DNA of 64,000 nt, taken from the NCBI GenBank assembly GCA_043228905.1, contig JBHGNT010000002.1:15996001-16060000 (forward strand), in the 5' to 3' direction. Under the pieces are notes generated by a model that worked only from the letters and a program-made list of their open reading frames with translations, made no database searches and was not told the DNA's origin. This stretch comes from Azolla caroliniana (lineage: Eukaryota; Plantae; Polypodiophyta). This document shows, piece after piece, positions 63,366 to 64,000 of this stretch. Within the stretch, counting starts at the first letter, position 1. Each line of letters begins with the position of its first letter. A program made the translations under genes and the position numbers.

Positions 63366-64000
63366 ACACTGATCTTGACGGTGATAGGTTTATCAAATAA
63401 ACGGTCGTCTACAGTGCCTCGGCCCAGAATTCTAGCTTTAGCCTAGAGTGTTGGAGCATTGTCGTCACCCTCTCTTGGATCTTCTAATTGATCCGTTTCG
63501 CCACGTTGTTTTGCATAGGAGTATAGGGAACCGTCTTTTAATGCTAGATTCTTTTTTCGGATAAGTGCTCTTTGAAGTACCAGCAAGTGTATACCTCTTC
63601 GTTGTTAGACCGGAGTGTCTTTACTCTATATATTGATCGGTTCTCTACTTTGGCTAACCACCGAGAGAAGACCGTGAGTGCTTTGTCTTTCGACCTAATT
63701 AAGTAGGCCCAGACATTCCATGTATAGTCATCTATGAATGTGATGAAGTACCGAGAGCCTCATAGTGACCTTTCGGGCATCAGTCCACATATATTTGTGT
63801 GAACTAGTTCTAGGGGCTAATGTACCATCTCGTAGTGGAGAGAGTGTGGACTTCGGGTCTGTTTGCCGTAATGAAAATGCTCACAAAAGTCTGTCTTTGT
63901 CTAGAGCTTCGAGATGTAGCAAATCGCCATCAACTAGTCTAGTCCATCTTGAGATATATGGCCTAGTCGTCCATGCCATAGGTTCGAGTCCTGCAATTCA
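63366..64000 (-). pseudogene. Decayed copia integrase region (host element H), runs off the window
   Basis: LWHGRLGH, LELVHTNICG, YFITFIDD, LRSNNEE, TVPYTPMQNNVAKR. Confidence 0.8.

Overview
Eukaryotic, plant-type window, most likely from a non-seed land plant (inferred from the fungal-like/Tcn1-like Ty3 elements; the species cannot be read from the sequence). It holds one host gene, a 3-exon IQD (IQ67-domain) gene on the minus strand at 15881-18185. The rest is mostly nested transposons: a decayed DUF7869/Sola-like DDE transposase, five Ty1/copia elements or large fragments plus a small copia remnant, eight Ty3/gypsy elements or fragments, four solo LTRs and a hAT-type MITE. Most insertions can be bounded by TG..CA ends and target-site duplications (TSDs). 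Main non-obvious signals: (1) LTRs of three Ty3 families, plus a decayed sister copy, carry a tRNA-like Pol III A-box/B-box cassette with tRNA spacing, always antisense to the element. (2) A tRNA-Trp-primed Ty3 lineage makes 4-bp CpG-centred TSDs and has a GGAUUUU-UAG -1 frameshift with a covarying pseudoknot, a covarying hairpin before the polypurine tract (PPT), and a gag-only non-autonomous partner. (3) Two chromovirus-type copies show covarying Tf1-type self-priming. All calls are by eye, without database searches.
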